Below are positions 29,139 through 36,935 of a stretch of DNA of 64,000 bases, in pieces (position 1 is the first letter of the stretch; each line of letters starts with the position of its first letter). Under the pieces are notes generated by a model, which was not told the origin of the DNA, did no database searches, and saw only the letters and a list, made by a program, of their open reading frames with translations. The position numbers and the translations under genes were made by a program. This DNA comes from a virus: IMG/VR virus record IMGVR_UViG_3300024991_000250, one strand, 5' to 3'.

Positions 29139-30271
29139 GCCTCGCCCCCGAAGCGCTTCTGGTTGGCGAGCATGCGGGCGGCATTGGTCAGGCCGAGCCG
29201 ATTGGCCCAGCCGGCAATCGTGCCATGCGGATGGCCGAGGTCTTGCGCCATCAGCACCAGCGGCACTTCGGCCGCATAGCCGGCGCGCATCGCCGCCTCC
29301 GCCTCTTTCATGCTCAGCTTGCCCTTGCGCGCCGCCAATAGGGCCACTTCACCCTCATAGGCCTCTCGCAGGGCGAGCTTAGCCGCGAAATCGGGTGCGG
29401 ATGGCGGCTGCTCCACCATAGCTTCAACATGCCCGCCATCCGCTGCGGCGTCCGGTGAAGGTGCCGCGCTCTGTTCAGCCGCTTCCGGCAGAATTGGTGA
29501 GACGTTTTCAGTCACTACGGTTAGCCTGCGGCCGTCTCGGGCCTGATCCTGTTCCTCGCCACCATCCAGCGCCCGCAGCGCCGCCATGGCGAGGCTCCCC
29601 ATCGCCTCGATGGCTTCCTTGGTGAAATCCACCGTGTCGCCATCGCGCTCGAGAATGCCGGTGAATTCGCCCAGCTTGAGAATGGCCTCGCTGCCGACCC
29701 GGTCGCTGGCCATGCACAGGGCAATCACCGAAAACGCGAACTGATGCCATTTGCGGGGCGGCAGCGGCTCCAGCGCCTTGGCCTCGGCAACCGGCTTGAC
29801 CACTTTCGGCTTGGGCGGGCTGACCACTGGCGCCTCGGCCGCAAGGATCTTCTCGCGCGTGTCGCTGACAGCGCTTTCGAATGTCTCATCATCCAGCGCC
29901 GCCGCCTTTTGCGCGCGGCTGGAGAGTTTCTTGTCGACACCGATATCGGCCAGGGTGAAGGGCGTATTGTCGAAAACCGGTTCCGCCTCGGCACCGGTTT
30001 CGGGCTCGCTCACATTCGAGCGCTCCGCCGACGGCCGCCCGCCCTGGCTCATCAGCCCATCATCCTTGGCGGCGCGCAGCATGATGCCCAGCTTGCGTTC
30101 GGCGCGCGCCACGATTTCGGCGGCGTCGGCCTGCAACTTGCGGTCCCGGGCAATGCGGGCATAGGCCTTGGCCTGTTCGGCGGCGCTATGGATGCGCGTC
30201 ACCTCGTCGAAGCGCACGGCAGCGGCCAACGCTTCCTTGGCATGCTCATAGACAGCGAGCTGCTGGGTCAT
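29135..30271 (-). CDS. Phage protein with C-terminal GcrA-like HTH (378 aa)
   Basis: Helical N-terminus AYARIARDRKLQADAAEI..RAERKLG; C-terminal MAQDLGHPHGTIAGWANRLGL. Confidence 0.6.
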   Translation of the reverse strand: MTQQLAVYEHAKEALAAAVRFDEVTRIHSAAEQAKAYARIARDRKLQADAAEIVARAERKLGIMLRAAKDDGLMSQGGRPSAERSNVSEPETGAEAEPVFDNTPFTLADIGVDKKLSSRAQKAAALDDETFESAVSDTREKILAAEAPVVSPPKPKVVKPVAEAKALEPLPPRKWHQFAFSVIALCMASDRVGSEAILKLGEFTGILERDGDTVDFTKEAIEAMGSLAMAALRALDGGEEQDQARDGRRLTVVTENVSPILPEAAEQSAAPSPDAAADGGHVEAMVEQPPSAPDFAAKLALREAYEGEVALLAARKGKLSMKEAEAAMRAGYAAEVPLVLMAQDLGHPHGTIAGWANRLGLTNAARMLANQKRFGGEA

Positions 30272-30567
30272 GCCGGCTCTCCCACCGTGTCGAGGTGGTG
30301 GGTGAAGAGGGCGACATCGTCGGACTGATCAACAAGCGGGCGAAACCAGACGCAGTTGAACAAGCACTCGCCATAGCCATCGATAGCTGAAGAATACGGT
30401 TCGTTGATGATTTCTGCGAAGGTTAAACCAGTGCCTCCGGACACCGTTTCGACAGTGCGGACCGTCAAAACCTGCCCATACCCCGGCACCTTTTCGCCAG
30501 GAGAAGAGCCCCAGCCACCATCTTTGACGCACACGCACTTTGCCCCCGGCCGCGCCCAGCTGCTCAT
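30268..30567 (-). CDS. Hypothetical protein (99 aa, CAP-Gly/SH3-like 'PGAKCVCV...GQVLTVR')
   Basis: ATGA coupled at both ends. Confidence 0.6.
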   Translation of the reverse strand: MSSWARPGAKCVCVKDGGWGSSPGEKVPGYGQVLTVRTVETVSGGTGLTFAEIINEPYSSAIDGYGECLFNCVWFRPLVDQSDDVALFTHHLDTVGEPA

Positions 30568-30764
30568 TGCGCATCTCCCGACTGGAGAGCGGCGATCTTC
30601 TCGCGCAAAGCCGTCTTGAGCTCGCCCATGGGCAGGTGCCCAAAGCCACGCAGCACCAGACCTTCGAGGACTGCGGTAAAGTTGAGGCTTTTGCCTGCAC
30701 CCCAAATCTCCCGCGCCACCGCGTCGATCGCTATCGACAGCGCGATATTCCCGCCCGTACTCAT
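30564..30764 (-). CDS. Hypothetical protein (66 aa)
   Basis: ATGA coupled at both ends. Confidence 0.6.
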   Translation of the reverse strand: MSTGGNIALSIAIDAVAREIWGAGKSLNFTAVLEGLVLRGFGHLPMGELKTALREKIAALQSGDAQ

Positions 30765-31243
30765 TCCAACCCCTCCACGCTGGCCTGCACCTGGAAGCGC
30801 AGCGCCATGAGCTTGATGATGGCTTCTTCGATTTCACCCTCGACGCGCGCGGCATCGGCGGCGCAGAGCCGGCCGTCGCCCCAGCCTTCGGCCAGCGCCA
30901 CGAACACATCGGACGTTTCCTTGAGCGCCCTGGCGGTGATCGCCCCCAGCGCCGTGCCGGATTTGACCACGCTCGGCTCCGGCACCAGCAGGTGCCCGCT
31001 GAGCTTGGCCAGCGCCCGTGTCAGCACCGGCTGGCCGCATTCGCTTTCGAGATCGGCAATCACATCGGCGGGCATGAAGCGCTCGCCATCGTCGGGCTGC
31101 GCCGAACCATAGCGGCCGATATTCTGGTGCCCGCCCCGCGTCACGGCCGAGGCGGCCACGGCGCCGCCGGCATGGGTCACCAGCTGGCGCGTGGCGGCCT
31201 TGAGCGCGGCATAATCGTTGGCGGGCAGCTGGCGGCCGGTCAT
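30761..31243 (-). CDS. Phage regulatory CII-like protein (160 aa)
   Basis: LKAATRQLV...GG...FMPADVIADLE...PVLTRALA motif; downstream of cro. Confidence 0.7.
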   Translation of the reverse strand: MTGRQLPANDYAALKAATRQLVTHAGGAVAASAVTRGGHQNIGRYGSAQPDDGERFMPADVIADLESECGQPVLTRALAKLSGHLLVPEPSVVKSGTALGAITARALKETSDVFVALAEGWGDGRLCAADAARVEGEIEEAIIKLMALRFQVQASVEGLE

Positions 31244-31596
31244 GGCGCAGCCCGCCCGAACTCTGCGCCGTGACAAACTGCGGCGAAAGCCGCAAACCCA
31301 TTGCGACCAGCCGGAGAAGACAGGTGACCCGACGCTTTCCCGATTACCGCCCCAGCACTGCCCTGCGCCAGGCCATCGCGGCGCTGCGAGAGGCGCGCGA
31401 AAAGCGCCGGACAGCGGAAACGGCGCGTCAATCCGCTCCACCGTCCGGCCAAGTTCAGGGAGGCCCCGACCTCACCACAACGCCGGGGCGGGAGGACACC
31501 GAAACGGCCCTTAGGCCCGATCCGCACCATTGCGAACCGATCCCTCGTTTCGATGCCCTCTCGTCCAGACGCAAGCAAGATGATTGATCCGCTCAT
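31240..31596 (-). CDS. Bridge ORF B (118 aa)
   Basis: ATGA overlaps at both ends; peptide not recognisable. Confidence 0.4.
   Translation of the reverse strand: MSGSIILLASGREGIETRDRFAMVRIGPKGRFGVLPPRRCGEVGASLNLAGRWSGLTRRFRCPALFARLSQRRDGLAQGSAGAVIGKASGHLSSPAGRNGFAAFAAVCHGAEFGRAAP
31324..31587 (+). CDS. Nested antisense small protein B (87 aa)
   Basis: GGAGA before GTG 31324; helical stretch TALRQAIAALREAREKRR. Confidence 0.4.
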   Translation: MTRRFPDYRPSTALRQAIAALREAREKRRTAETARQSAPPSGQVQGGPDLTTTPGREDTETALRPDPHHCEPIPRFDALSSRRKQDD

Positions 31597-31757
31597 GCTG
31601 GCCGCCGCACGATCTGGCCCTTGCGGGCCCTGGCGCCATGGCCGACGCCACCCAGGCGCACCAGCTCGCGATAGCCGACACCCTGCCGGCCCATATGGCG
31701 CAGCGCATCGGCCAGGGCGGCCCGCTCGGCTTTGCTCATATTGCGCGGGGCGGTCAT
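31593..31757 (-). CDS. Hypothetical protein (54 aa, MTAPRNMSKAERAALADALRHM...)
   Basis: Not in the ORF track; SD GGGGGAG; ATGA overlaps at both ends. Confidence 0.6.
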   Translation of the reverse strand: MTAPRNMSKAERAALADALRHMGRQGVGYRELVRLGGVGHGARARKGQIVRRPA

Positions 31758-32344
31758 TCGACTCTCCCCCGCAAAACCGCTCTGATGCGGGCGAAGAACC
31801 CACGGAGAATCACATGCACGCTGCGAACAGTGACACCCAGACCGAACTGGTTGCCGAACAGACGGCGACCATGATCCTGGCCGACGCCATTATCGACCTG
31901 GCAACCGGCCTCGCCGAAAACACCGATGACCCCCGCATGGTCGATGCCGTGGTGGGCGCCGTTCATGACGCGATTGAGCGGGCGAGCGCTTCCTTCGTTT
32001 TTCCCGGCCAGGCGCCTCTGGAGCGCGCCGATGAAGAACGAGCCCTCGTTATGGCCCGGAACCGCGCCCGGGTCATTGCTGAGATGATCAAGCAGGCGTG
32101 CGAAAGTCGACTGACTGCGAAGATGGGTCCGAAGCACTGATGGTCGGCGATCGAGACCATTCGCCCGGCGCCATTGCAGATAGGCATCATGCAGAGCCGC
32201 GGCCTCCGCATGCATCGACAGCATGGGACGGAACACTGGCGCATGATCGAACGCACCGGGATGCAGAAATCGAGCCCGGCGCTTCGCTGCGATACGCCCA
32301 TAGCTGCCAGCCAACCGCGCCAGGAACATGCGGAACGCGCTCAT
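31754..32344 (-). CDS. Bridge ORF A (196 aa)
   Basis: ATG overlaps the cro TGA; TGA overlaps the next ATG; the N-terminal third may be a genuine small phage protein. Confidence 0.5.
   Translation of the reverse strand: MSAFRMFLARLAGSYGRIAAKRRARFLHPGAFDHAPVFRPMLSMHAEAAALHDAYLQWRRANGLDRRPSVLRTHLRSQSTFARLLDHLSNDPGAVPGHNEGSFFIGALQRRLAGKNEGSARPLNRVMNGAHHGIDHAGVIGVFGEAGCQVDNGVGQDHGRRLFGNQFGLGVTVRSVHVILRGFFARIRAVLRGRVE
31814..32140 (+). CDS. Nested antisense helical protein A (108 aa)
   Basis: GGAGA 5 nt before ATG 31814; amphipathic helical sequence MILADAIIDLATGLAEN...VVGAVHDAIERA. Confidence 0.65.
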   Translation: MHAANSDTQTELVAEQTATMILADAIIDLATGLAENTDDPRMVDAVVGAVHDAIERASASFVFPGQAPLERADEERALVMARNRARVIAEMIKQACESRLTAKMGPKH

Positions 32345-32568
32345 GGCTGGGCCTCGAGCGCTGCGGGCGCGGGCCCATACACGTCCGGCCTGAGGATGTA
32401 GCGCGACACGCCAGTAAGGCGCTCGACTTCAAGGCATCGCTCCGCAGGGATCTTGCGCCGACCATTTTCCCAACGGCTCCACATTGCCGCCGTAACACCA
32501 ATAGCCCTTGCAGCACTTTCGACACCGTGCCGCGACTTCTCTCGCCAATCTTTAAGGGGACTGTTCAT
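32341..32568 (-). CDS. cro: Cro-like XRE HTH regulator (75 aa)
   Basis: SAARAIGVTAAMWSRWENGRRKIP; divergent from the repressor. Confidence 0.85.
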   Translation of the reverse strand: MNSPLKDWREKSRHGVESAARAIGVTAAMWSRWENGRRKIPAERCLEVERLTGVSRYILRPDVYGPAPAALEAQP

Positions 32569-32574
32569 GCGCTA

Positions 32575-32648
32575 TGATTTCCATATCGGAAATCACACGT
32601 CAACGCCAAAAATTCCACATTGGAAATTTTGACTTTCCAATGTGGAAA
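32575..32648. promoter_or_regulatory. Three operators plus leftward promoter (-35 TTGACG, minus strand 32598-32603)
   Basis: ATTTCCATATCGGAAAT 32577-32593, AATTCCACATTGGAAATT 32611-32628, TTTCCAATGTGGAAA 32634-32648. Confidence 0.88.
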
Positions 32649-32664
32649 ATGATAGAAGTTGCAA

Positions 32665-32985
32665 ATGGTTGAGCGAATTCATCCCAGAACACCACCACGC
32701 ATTTTCATCCGCGAATGGATGGAAAGAGTGCCCGGGCTTGACCAAAAGCGGCTGGCCGAACGAATGGGTAGAACTCCGGGAGCCATCTCCAAGAAGTTAA
32801 ACTCGCCCGGCAAAATCGATACCGAATGGCTCGCTGAGTTCGCCGATGCTCTCGGAGTGCAGGTGCCCGACCTCTTCCGCGATCCAATGGCACCAACTCC
32901 CGCCGACTTGCTCAAAGGTTTGTCGGACGAGCAGCGTAACGAAGTCCTGCATTTTGCTGACTTTGTACGAAGGCGCGCTAGCTAA
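32665..32985 (+). CDS. cI: CI-like XRE repressor lacking an S24 peptidase domain (~106 aa)
   Basis: IREWMERVPGLDQKRLAERMGRTPGAISKKL HTH; divergent from cro across the operators. Confidence 0.82.
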   Translation: MVERIHPRTPPRIFIREWMERVPGLDQKRLAERMGRTPGAISKKLNSPGKIDTEWLAEFADALGVQVPDLFRDPMAPTPADLLKGLSDEQRNEVLHFADFVRRRAS

Positions 32986-33045
32986 TCCCGCAAGACTCCA
33001 TTGATAGATCTGACGTACAAGCATGTGTTCATTTAGGGGGAACAC

Positions 33046-33600
33046 ATGTCTTGGCTTAATATTCTCGCTTGCACATCGTTATGCGCGATCGCACTATCCG
33101 CTTGCGCCTCAACATCTTCTACACCTCAGCATAAGGCCCCTCCACCGATATCGGAGGGAGAAGTGTCGGCCAGCGGCTTTATCACAACTAGGCATCCCGA
33201 CGGCTCTGGCGGCCTCCGGCTAGCATCTGACAGCGGAGGCAATGGATGGTCTGTCGACTGTCGAAAAGACGCCATGACAGACCGCCGAACCTGTCAGTTT
33301 TCCAATCGAGGAATTTTTGTATACTACGGCGTATCTTCTACCCCTCAAGAAATTTGCGCTTTTGGGCACAGCTTTCCCGGCCGCATTGCTCAAATTAGGA
33401 TCGACAGCAATGCGCCCGTTTCCACCAACGGAGATGGCTGCGCCCCTGCGTCCAAGCTGCTTGCTCAGATGACGGGAGCCAACCAGGTCACTACTCGCGT
33501 CTACACTTGGCCCTACGATTACCCGGTCGACAAGGTGTTCACACTGGCTGGTTTTAAGGAAGCGATCGCTCTAGCCGATGACCTGAGAAAGCTGCCATAA
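33046..33600 (+). CDS. Lipoprotein, superinfection-exclusion candidate (184 aa)
   Basis: Lipobox LSAC at residue 20; follows cI in the immunity region. Confidence 0.75.
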   Translation: MSWLNILACTSLCAIALSACASTSSTPQHKAPPPISEGEVSASGFITTRHPDGSGGLRLASDSGGNGWSVDCRKDAMTDRRTCQFSNRGIFVYYGVSSTPQEICAFGHSFPGRIAQIRIDSNAPVSTNGDGCAPASKLLAQMTGANQVTTRVYTWPYDYPVDKVFTLAGFKEAIALADDLRKLP

Positions 33601-33650
33601 TTTCCATTTTGGATATTTTGCATTGACATTGTGATTTCCATATCGGAAAT
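33600..33650 (+). promoter_or_regulatory. Two operators plus rightward promoter (-35 TTGACA 33623-33628)
   Basis: TGATTTCCATATCGGAAAT 33632-33650 is identical to 32575-32593; ATTTCCATTTTGGATAT 33600-33616. Confidence 0.85.
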
Positions 33651-33679
33651 TCCCTCCAGTTTCACCGCTGGAGGGCATC

Positions 33680-34129
33680 ATGCCTCATTCCCAAACCACC
33701 CGCGTCCAGGCGCAGGCCAAGATCGCGGCTCTTGCCGCCGCCGACGACCGGCCGTTGACCCACGAGGAGCAACTGTCCCGCTTCGTCGAGGACATCATCA
33801 CCCTCGACACTGAGGGCGGCGCGACTGAGGGCAGGCTTTATGAGCTTGGCTGGCCGCCACTCTTCATCAAGACCAATCTCGAAAAGGCCGCACAACTGGC
33901 CAATAAGCGCGTCGTGCGCGATATCCAGACCCCGAGCCAGAAATCGCTCGAGGAAATCGCCGGTGACATGAGCGACGCCATCGCCTCGCTGCTGCCGCCC
34001 ACTCAGCTGCTCGTGGCCGAGCTGCAGGGCCGCGGCTTTGCCAGTGGCGAGATCGACCTGCTCCTGCCCAAGGCCCGCGCCAAGGCCGCCCTCAGCTTCG
34101 CCGAAGGCCAGACCGGGTGGACCAACTGA
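33680..34129 (+). CDS. Hypothetical early protein (149 aa)
   Basis: First gene of the rightward operon; GGAGGG SD. Confidence 0.7.
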   Translation: MPHSQTTRVQAQAKIAALAAADDRPLTHEEQLSRFVEDIITLDTEGGATEGRLYELGWPPLFIKTNLEKAAQLANKRVVRDIQTPSQKSLEEIAGDMSDAIASLLPPTQLLVAELQGRGFASGEIDLLLPKARAKAALSFAEGQTGWTN

Positions 34130-34329
34130 TGGAAACCACCTTCAAACCGGACGCTATGGCGGCTGAGGCCGTCGCCCGCATCGCTCGCGTCATCGACCTG
34201 GCCGAAAGCAGCTGCGTCAACTCCGCCACCAATCACCAGCGTATTGCCGAGGCGCGCGCAGCGCTGGCCGATGTCGCCGGCATTTTCGATGTCGACGTGC
34301 CGGCGGCCAACCCGGTGGAGCGCAACTGA
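34129..34329 (+). CDS. Hypothetical protein (66 aa)
   Basis: TGATG coupling at both ends. Confidence 0.6.
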   Translation: METTFKPDAMAAEAVARIARVIDLAESSCVNSATNHQRIAEARAALADVAGIFDVDVPAANPVERN

Positions 34330-34484
34330 TGGAGCCCCAGACCGAAAAGCGCGTGGCGTCTACCCGCACCAAAAAACGCAGCCGCTCCGGCGCCCAAACG
34401 CCCTGCCCGCATTGCGACAAGAAGCTCCGCGGCGAAAAAGGCCTCAAGGCGCACATCGCCGAAGCCCATGGGGACGGCAAATGA
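34329..34484 (+). CDS. C2H2 zinc-finger protein (51 aa)
   Basis: Not in the ORF track; CPHC-x12-HIAEAH; TGATG/ATGA coupled. Confidence 0.7.
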   Translation: MEPQTEKRVASTRTKKRSRSGAQTPCPHCDKKLRGEKGLKAHIAEAHGDGK

Positions 34485-34579
34485 CCGAACGCCTCTGCAC
34501 CGCCCTCAACTCCGATGCTGGCCAGCTCTGCGCCGGCATCCTCGTTCTCATCCTGATGATCGGAGGGCTCGGCACATGA
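34481..34579 (+). CDS. Small membrane peptide (32 aa)
   Basis: MTERLCTALNSDAGQLCAGILVLILMIGGLGT; ATGA at both ends. Confidence 0.45.
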   Translation: MTERLCTALNSDAGQLCAGILVLILMIGGLGT

Positions 34580-35148
34580 GCCTTCCCCCATTCTGCAAGA
34601 CCATGCCCTCCGGCCGCGCCTTCGACTTTGCCGATCCGCGTCCGGAAATGATCTGCCTCGACGACATCGTGCATGTGCTCAGCCGCATCAATCGCTGGGG
34701 CGGCAATATCTGGCCTGTCAGCTTCTCGGTGGCCCAGCACAGCCTCGTTGTCGCCTCGGCCTGCAAGCGGCCGGAAGCCCGGGTCTATGCCCTGCTGCAC
34801 GACGCGGCCGAGGCCTATATCGGTGACCTGCCGACCCCGTTCAAACTGTTCATGACCGAAGCCGGCTTCAACATCGTCAAGCTCGAGATGAAGATCCTCT
34901 ACACGGCCATCTTCCCGGCCTTCGGCCTGGAGCCGCCTGAACCCAGCCTCACGGCCGATGTTCACGACGCTGGCCAGATCGCCCTCGCCACCGAATATCG
35001 CGACATCGTCGCCGGCCGTCATGCCGGCTGGGCTCCCACCGCCCCGCCGCTCAAGACCACGATCAAATTCATGGCTACCCCCAAGGTCGAAGAACAGTTC
35101 CGCCAGGCCCTCGAAGGCGTGCTGCCGGCCTTTGCGAGGGGGGAATGA
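34576..35148 (+). CDS. HD-domain phosphohydrolase (YfbR/5'-deoxynucleotidase-like, 190 aa)
   Basis: LSRINRWGG, SVAQHS, ALLHDAAEAYIGD. Confidence 0.88.
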   Translation: MSLPPFCKTMPSGRAFDFADPRPEMICLDDIVHVLSRINRWGGNIWPVSFSVAQHSLVVASACKRPEARVYALLHDAAEAYIGDLPTPFKLFMTEAGFNIVKLEMKILYTAIFPAFGLEPPEPSLTADVHDAGQIALATEYRDIVAGRHAGWAPTAPPLKTTIKFMATPKVEEQFRQALEGVLPAFARGE

Positions 35149-35292
35149 TGTCCCCCGATCTGCTCTTCGGCCTCGGCTGCATCGTCGCGGGCCTCGTCGG
35201 CATGGCCTTTGGGAGGGGCAAATGAGCCCCAAGCGGCTGCTGGAAATCGTCAATCGAGCCGAGGGAGCGGACGGCACCCCGTCCTGACCGCA

Positions 35293-35550
35293 ATGCGCTA
35301 CCGCGTGCAGCCCCGCTGCGTTCCAAAACCCATCGCCGCGCGCCGCCTTGGCCTCACCGAAGCCCGTTTCGCGGAAAGCGAGCCCCAACTGCGCCAGAAC
35401 GGCTTCCCCCTGCCCGACGCCGTCACCGGCCATTACGATCTAGTCGCCATCGACGCCTGGCTTGACCGCAAGGCGGGCCTATCAAATTCTAGGCCAACGG
35501 CGATAGATGCCGCTGATGGTTTTGCGGAGAGGCTCGCCAGCCTTGGCTGA
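35293..35550 (+). CDS. Excisionase-like protein (85 aa)
   Basis: AARRLGLT...GFPLPD..TGHYDLVAIDAWLDRKAG; overlaps the int start. Confidence 0.7.
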   Translation: MRYRVQPRCVPKPIAARRLGLTEARFAESEPQLRQNGFPLPDAVTGHYDLVAIDAWLDRKAGLSNSRPTAIDAADGFAERLASLG

Positions 35551-36736
35551 GATCAAGCTCAAACACTACGTGGTCCGCAAGGGCAAGCATGGCTATTGGT
35601 TGCCAACGGCCAAGATGAAGGCCATGGGCTTTCAGATCGTGCCCTGCGGCCATGACGGCCCGGATGCGTGGAAGATTGCCCAGGAGTGGGAGCAGCGTTA
35701 CCAGCGGGCCCGCAAGGGGCTGGAAGAGGCACCCGCCGGACGCATTTATCCGCCCGGCAGCGTCGGTGATGGTTTCGCCCGCTTCCGAATGACCCATGAA
35801 TGGCAGAACAAGCCCACACGGACCCGGGAAGACTGGGAAAGAGGATGGCGCTACATCGAGCCAGTCTTTGCCGCCTCAGCCCCTTCTACGGTCACCCTGG
35901 AGCTTCTGGATCGCTGGTATCACCACATGGTCGCCAAGAAAGGTGTCGGCGAAGCGGGCCGCGCTCTCAAGATTTGGCGAGCCCTGTATAACATCCTGGT
36001 CAGCTTCAAACTGGTCGCCGGCGAGGATCCGTCTCTTGGTATCCGCAAACAGAGCGTCAAGGGCCGCACGCAGACCTGGCGCGAAGGCGAAGTGATCCGG
36101 ATGGTGAAACAGGCAATTCGCGACGGCTATCACGGCCTCGCATGCATCATCGCAATCTGCTGGGACACACAATTTTCGCCTGTCGATGCGCGCACACTGA
36201 CGCCGGCCCAGGCGATTGAGAGCGAATCGGACATGGCGTTCACCATTGAGCGCGGCAAAACCAACGAGGCTGCCGTTGGCATCCTGTGCCGCCGCACGCG
36301 CCGACTGGTGGAGACTTATATTGCCAGCCTGCCTTTCGAGCTGCACGAGGATGCCCCGATCTTTTGGAGCCGGGGCTACCAGCCGGGCAAAAAGGGCGGA
36401 CGCCCCCAGCCACCCAAGCCCTACACCAAGGATAGCCTGGTCGACGATTTTGCTGATCTGCGGGAGAGAGTATTTGGCCCGGACGAAAGGCGGCGCCTGA
36501 TGGATATGCGGCGGACCGGCGCGGTCGAAGCCAATGCCGGCGGCGCATCGGTCGAATCAATTGCGGCGAAGATGGGCAATTCGATCGACGACAATCGGAA
36601 ACTGCAAAAAACCTACATGCCGGTGAATTTCGCCGCCGTTCGCCAGGCCGATGAAGCCCGAAAAATCGGACGCCAAAAGCTGGCATCGGAACAGAACATG
36701 TTCAAAAAGTTGAAACTGCCCAACGTAAAAAGTTGA
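35543..36736 (+). CDS. int: Tyrosine integrase (~397 aa)
   Basis: GGAGAGG before TTG 35543; DAR, KT, DMRRTG, MGNS, KTY motifs; adjacent to a tRNA-derived att core. Confidence 0.9.
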   Translation: MAEIKLKHYVVRKGKHGYWLPTAKMKAMGFQIVPCGHDGPDAWKIAQEWEQRYQRARKGLEEAPAGRIYPPGSVGDGFARFRMTHEWQNKPTRTREDWERGWRYIEPVFAASAPSTVTLELLDRWYHHMVAKKGVGEAGRALKIWRALYNILVSFKLVAGEDPSLGIRKQSVKGRTQTWREGEVIRMVKQAIRDGYHGLACIIAICWDTQFSPVDARTLTPAQAIESESDMAFTIERGKTNEAAVGILCRRTRRLVETYIASLPFELHEDAPIFWSRGYQPGKKGGRPQPPKPYTKDSLVDDFADLRERVFGPDERRRLMDMRRTGAVEANAGGASVESIAAKMGNSIDDNRKLQKTYMPVNFAAVRQADEARKIGRQKLASEQNMFKKLKLPNVKS

Positions 36737-36927
36737 AACAGCGCAGAGCCATCCAGCGCCACCCTTACAAATTCTCTAACAATTTCATAGAGAAAGGGTG
36801 GCGCGAGAGACGGGGCTCGAACCCGCGACCTCCGGCGTGACAGGCCGACACATTCTATTTTGAAGACTATGAGCGGTTTCAACTCACGCTCATACATTAT
36901 TGGCCTGGCAACGCCTAAAGTTGAAAC
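36704..36927. repeat. Integrase arm-type sites AGTTGAAAC x4
   Basis: AAAAAGTTGAAAC 36704-36716 and 36727-36739, inverted GTTTCAACT 36876-36884, AAAGTTGAAAC 36917-36927. Confidence 0.8.
36799..36847 (-). other. attP core: 3' half of tRNA-Asp(GTC), not a complete tRNA
   Basis: Minus strand reads CGGCCTGTCACGCCGGAGGTCGCGGGTTCGAGCCCCGTCTCTCGCGCCA (anticodon arm, T arm, CCA); D arm and 5' acceptor strand absent. Confidence 0.92.
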
Positions 36928-36935
36928 CGCATTTG

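Noticed and set aside
34576-35148. DatZ of a 2-aminoadenine (Z) genome pathway
   Set aside because: No purZ, mazZ or phage polymerase in the complete genome unit
36689-36703. GAAC-N7-GTTC as a second LexA box
   Set aside because: Inverted rather than direct geometry, and located inside the int coding end
36799-36847. Functional tRNA-Asp gene
   Set aside because: Only the 3' 49 nt are present; the sequence diverges before the D arm. It is the att core.
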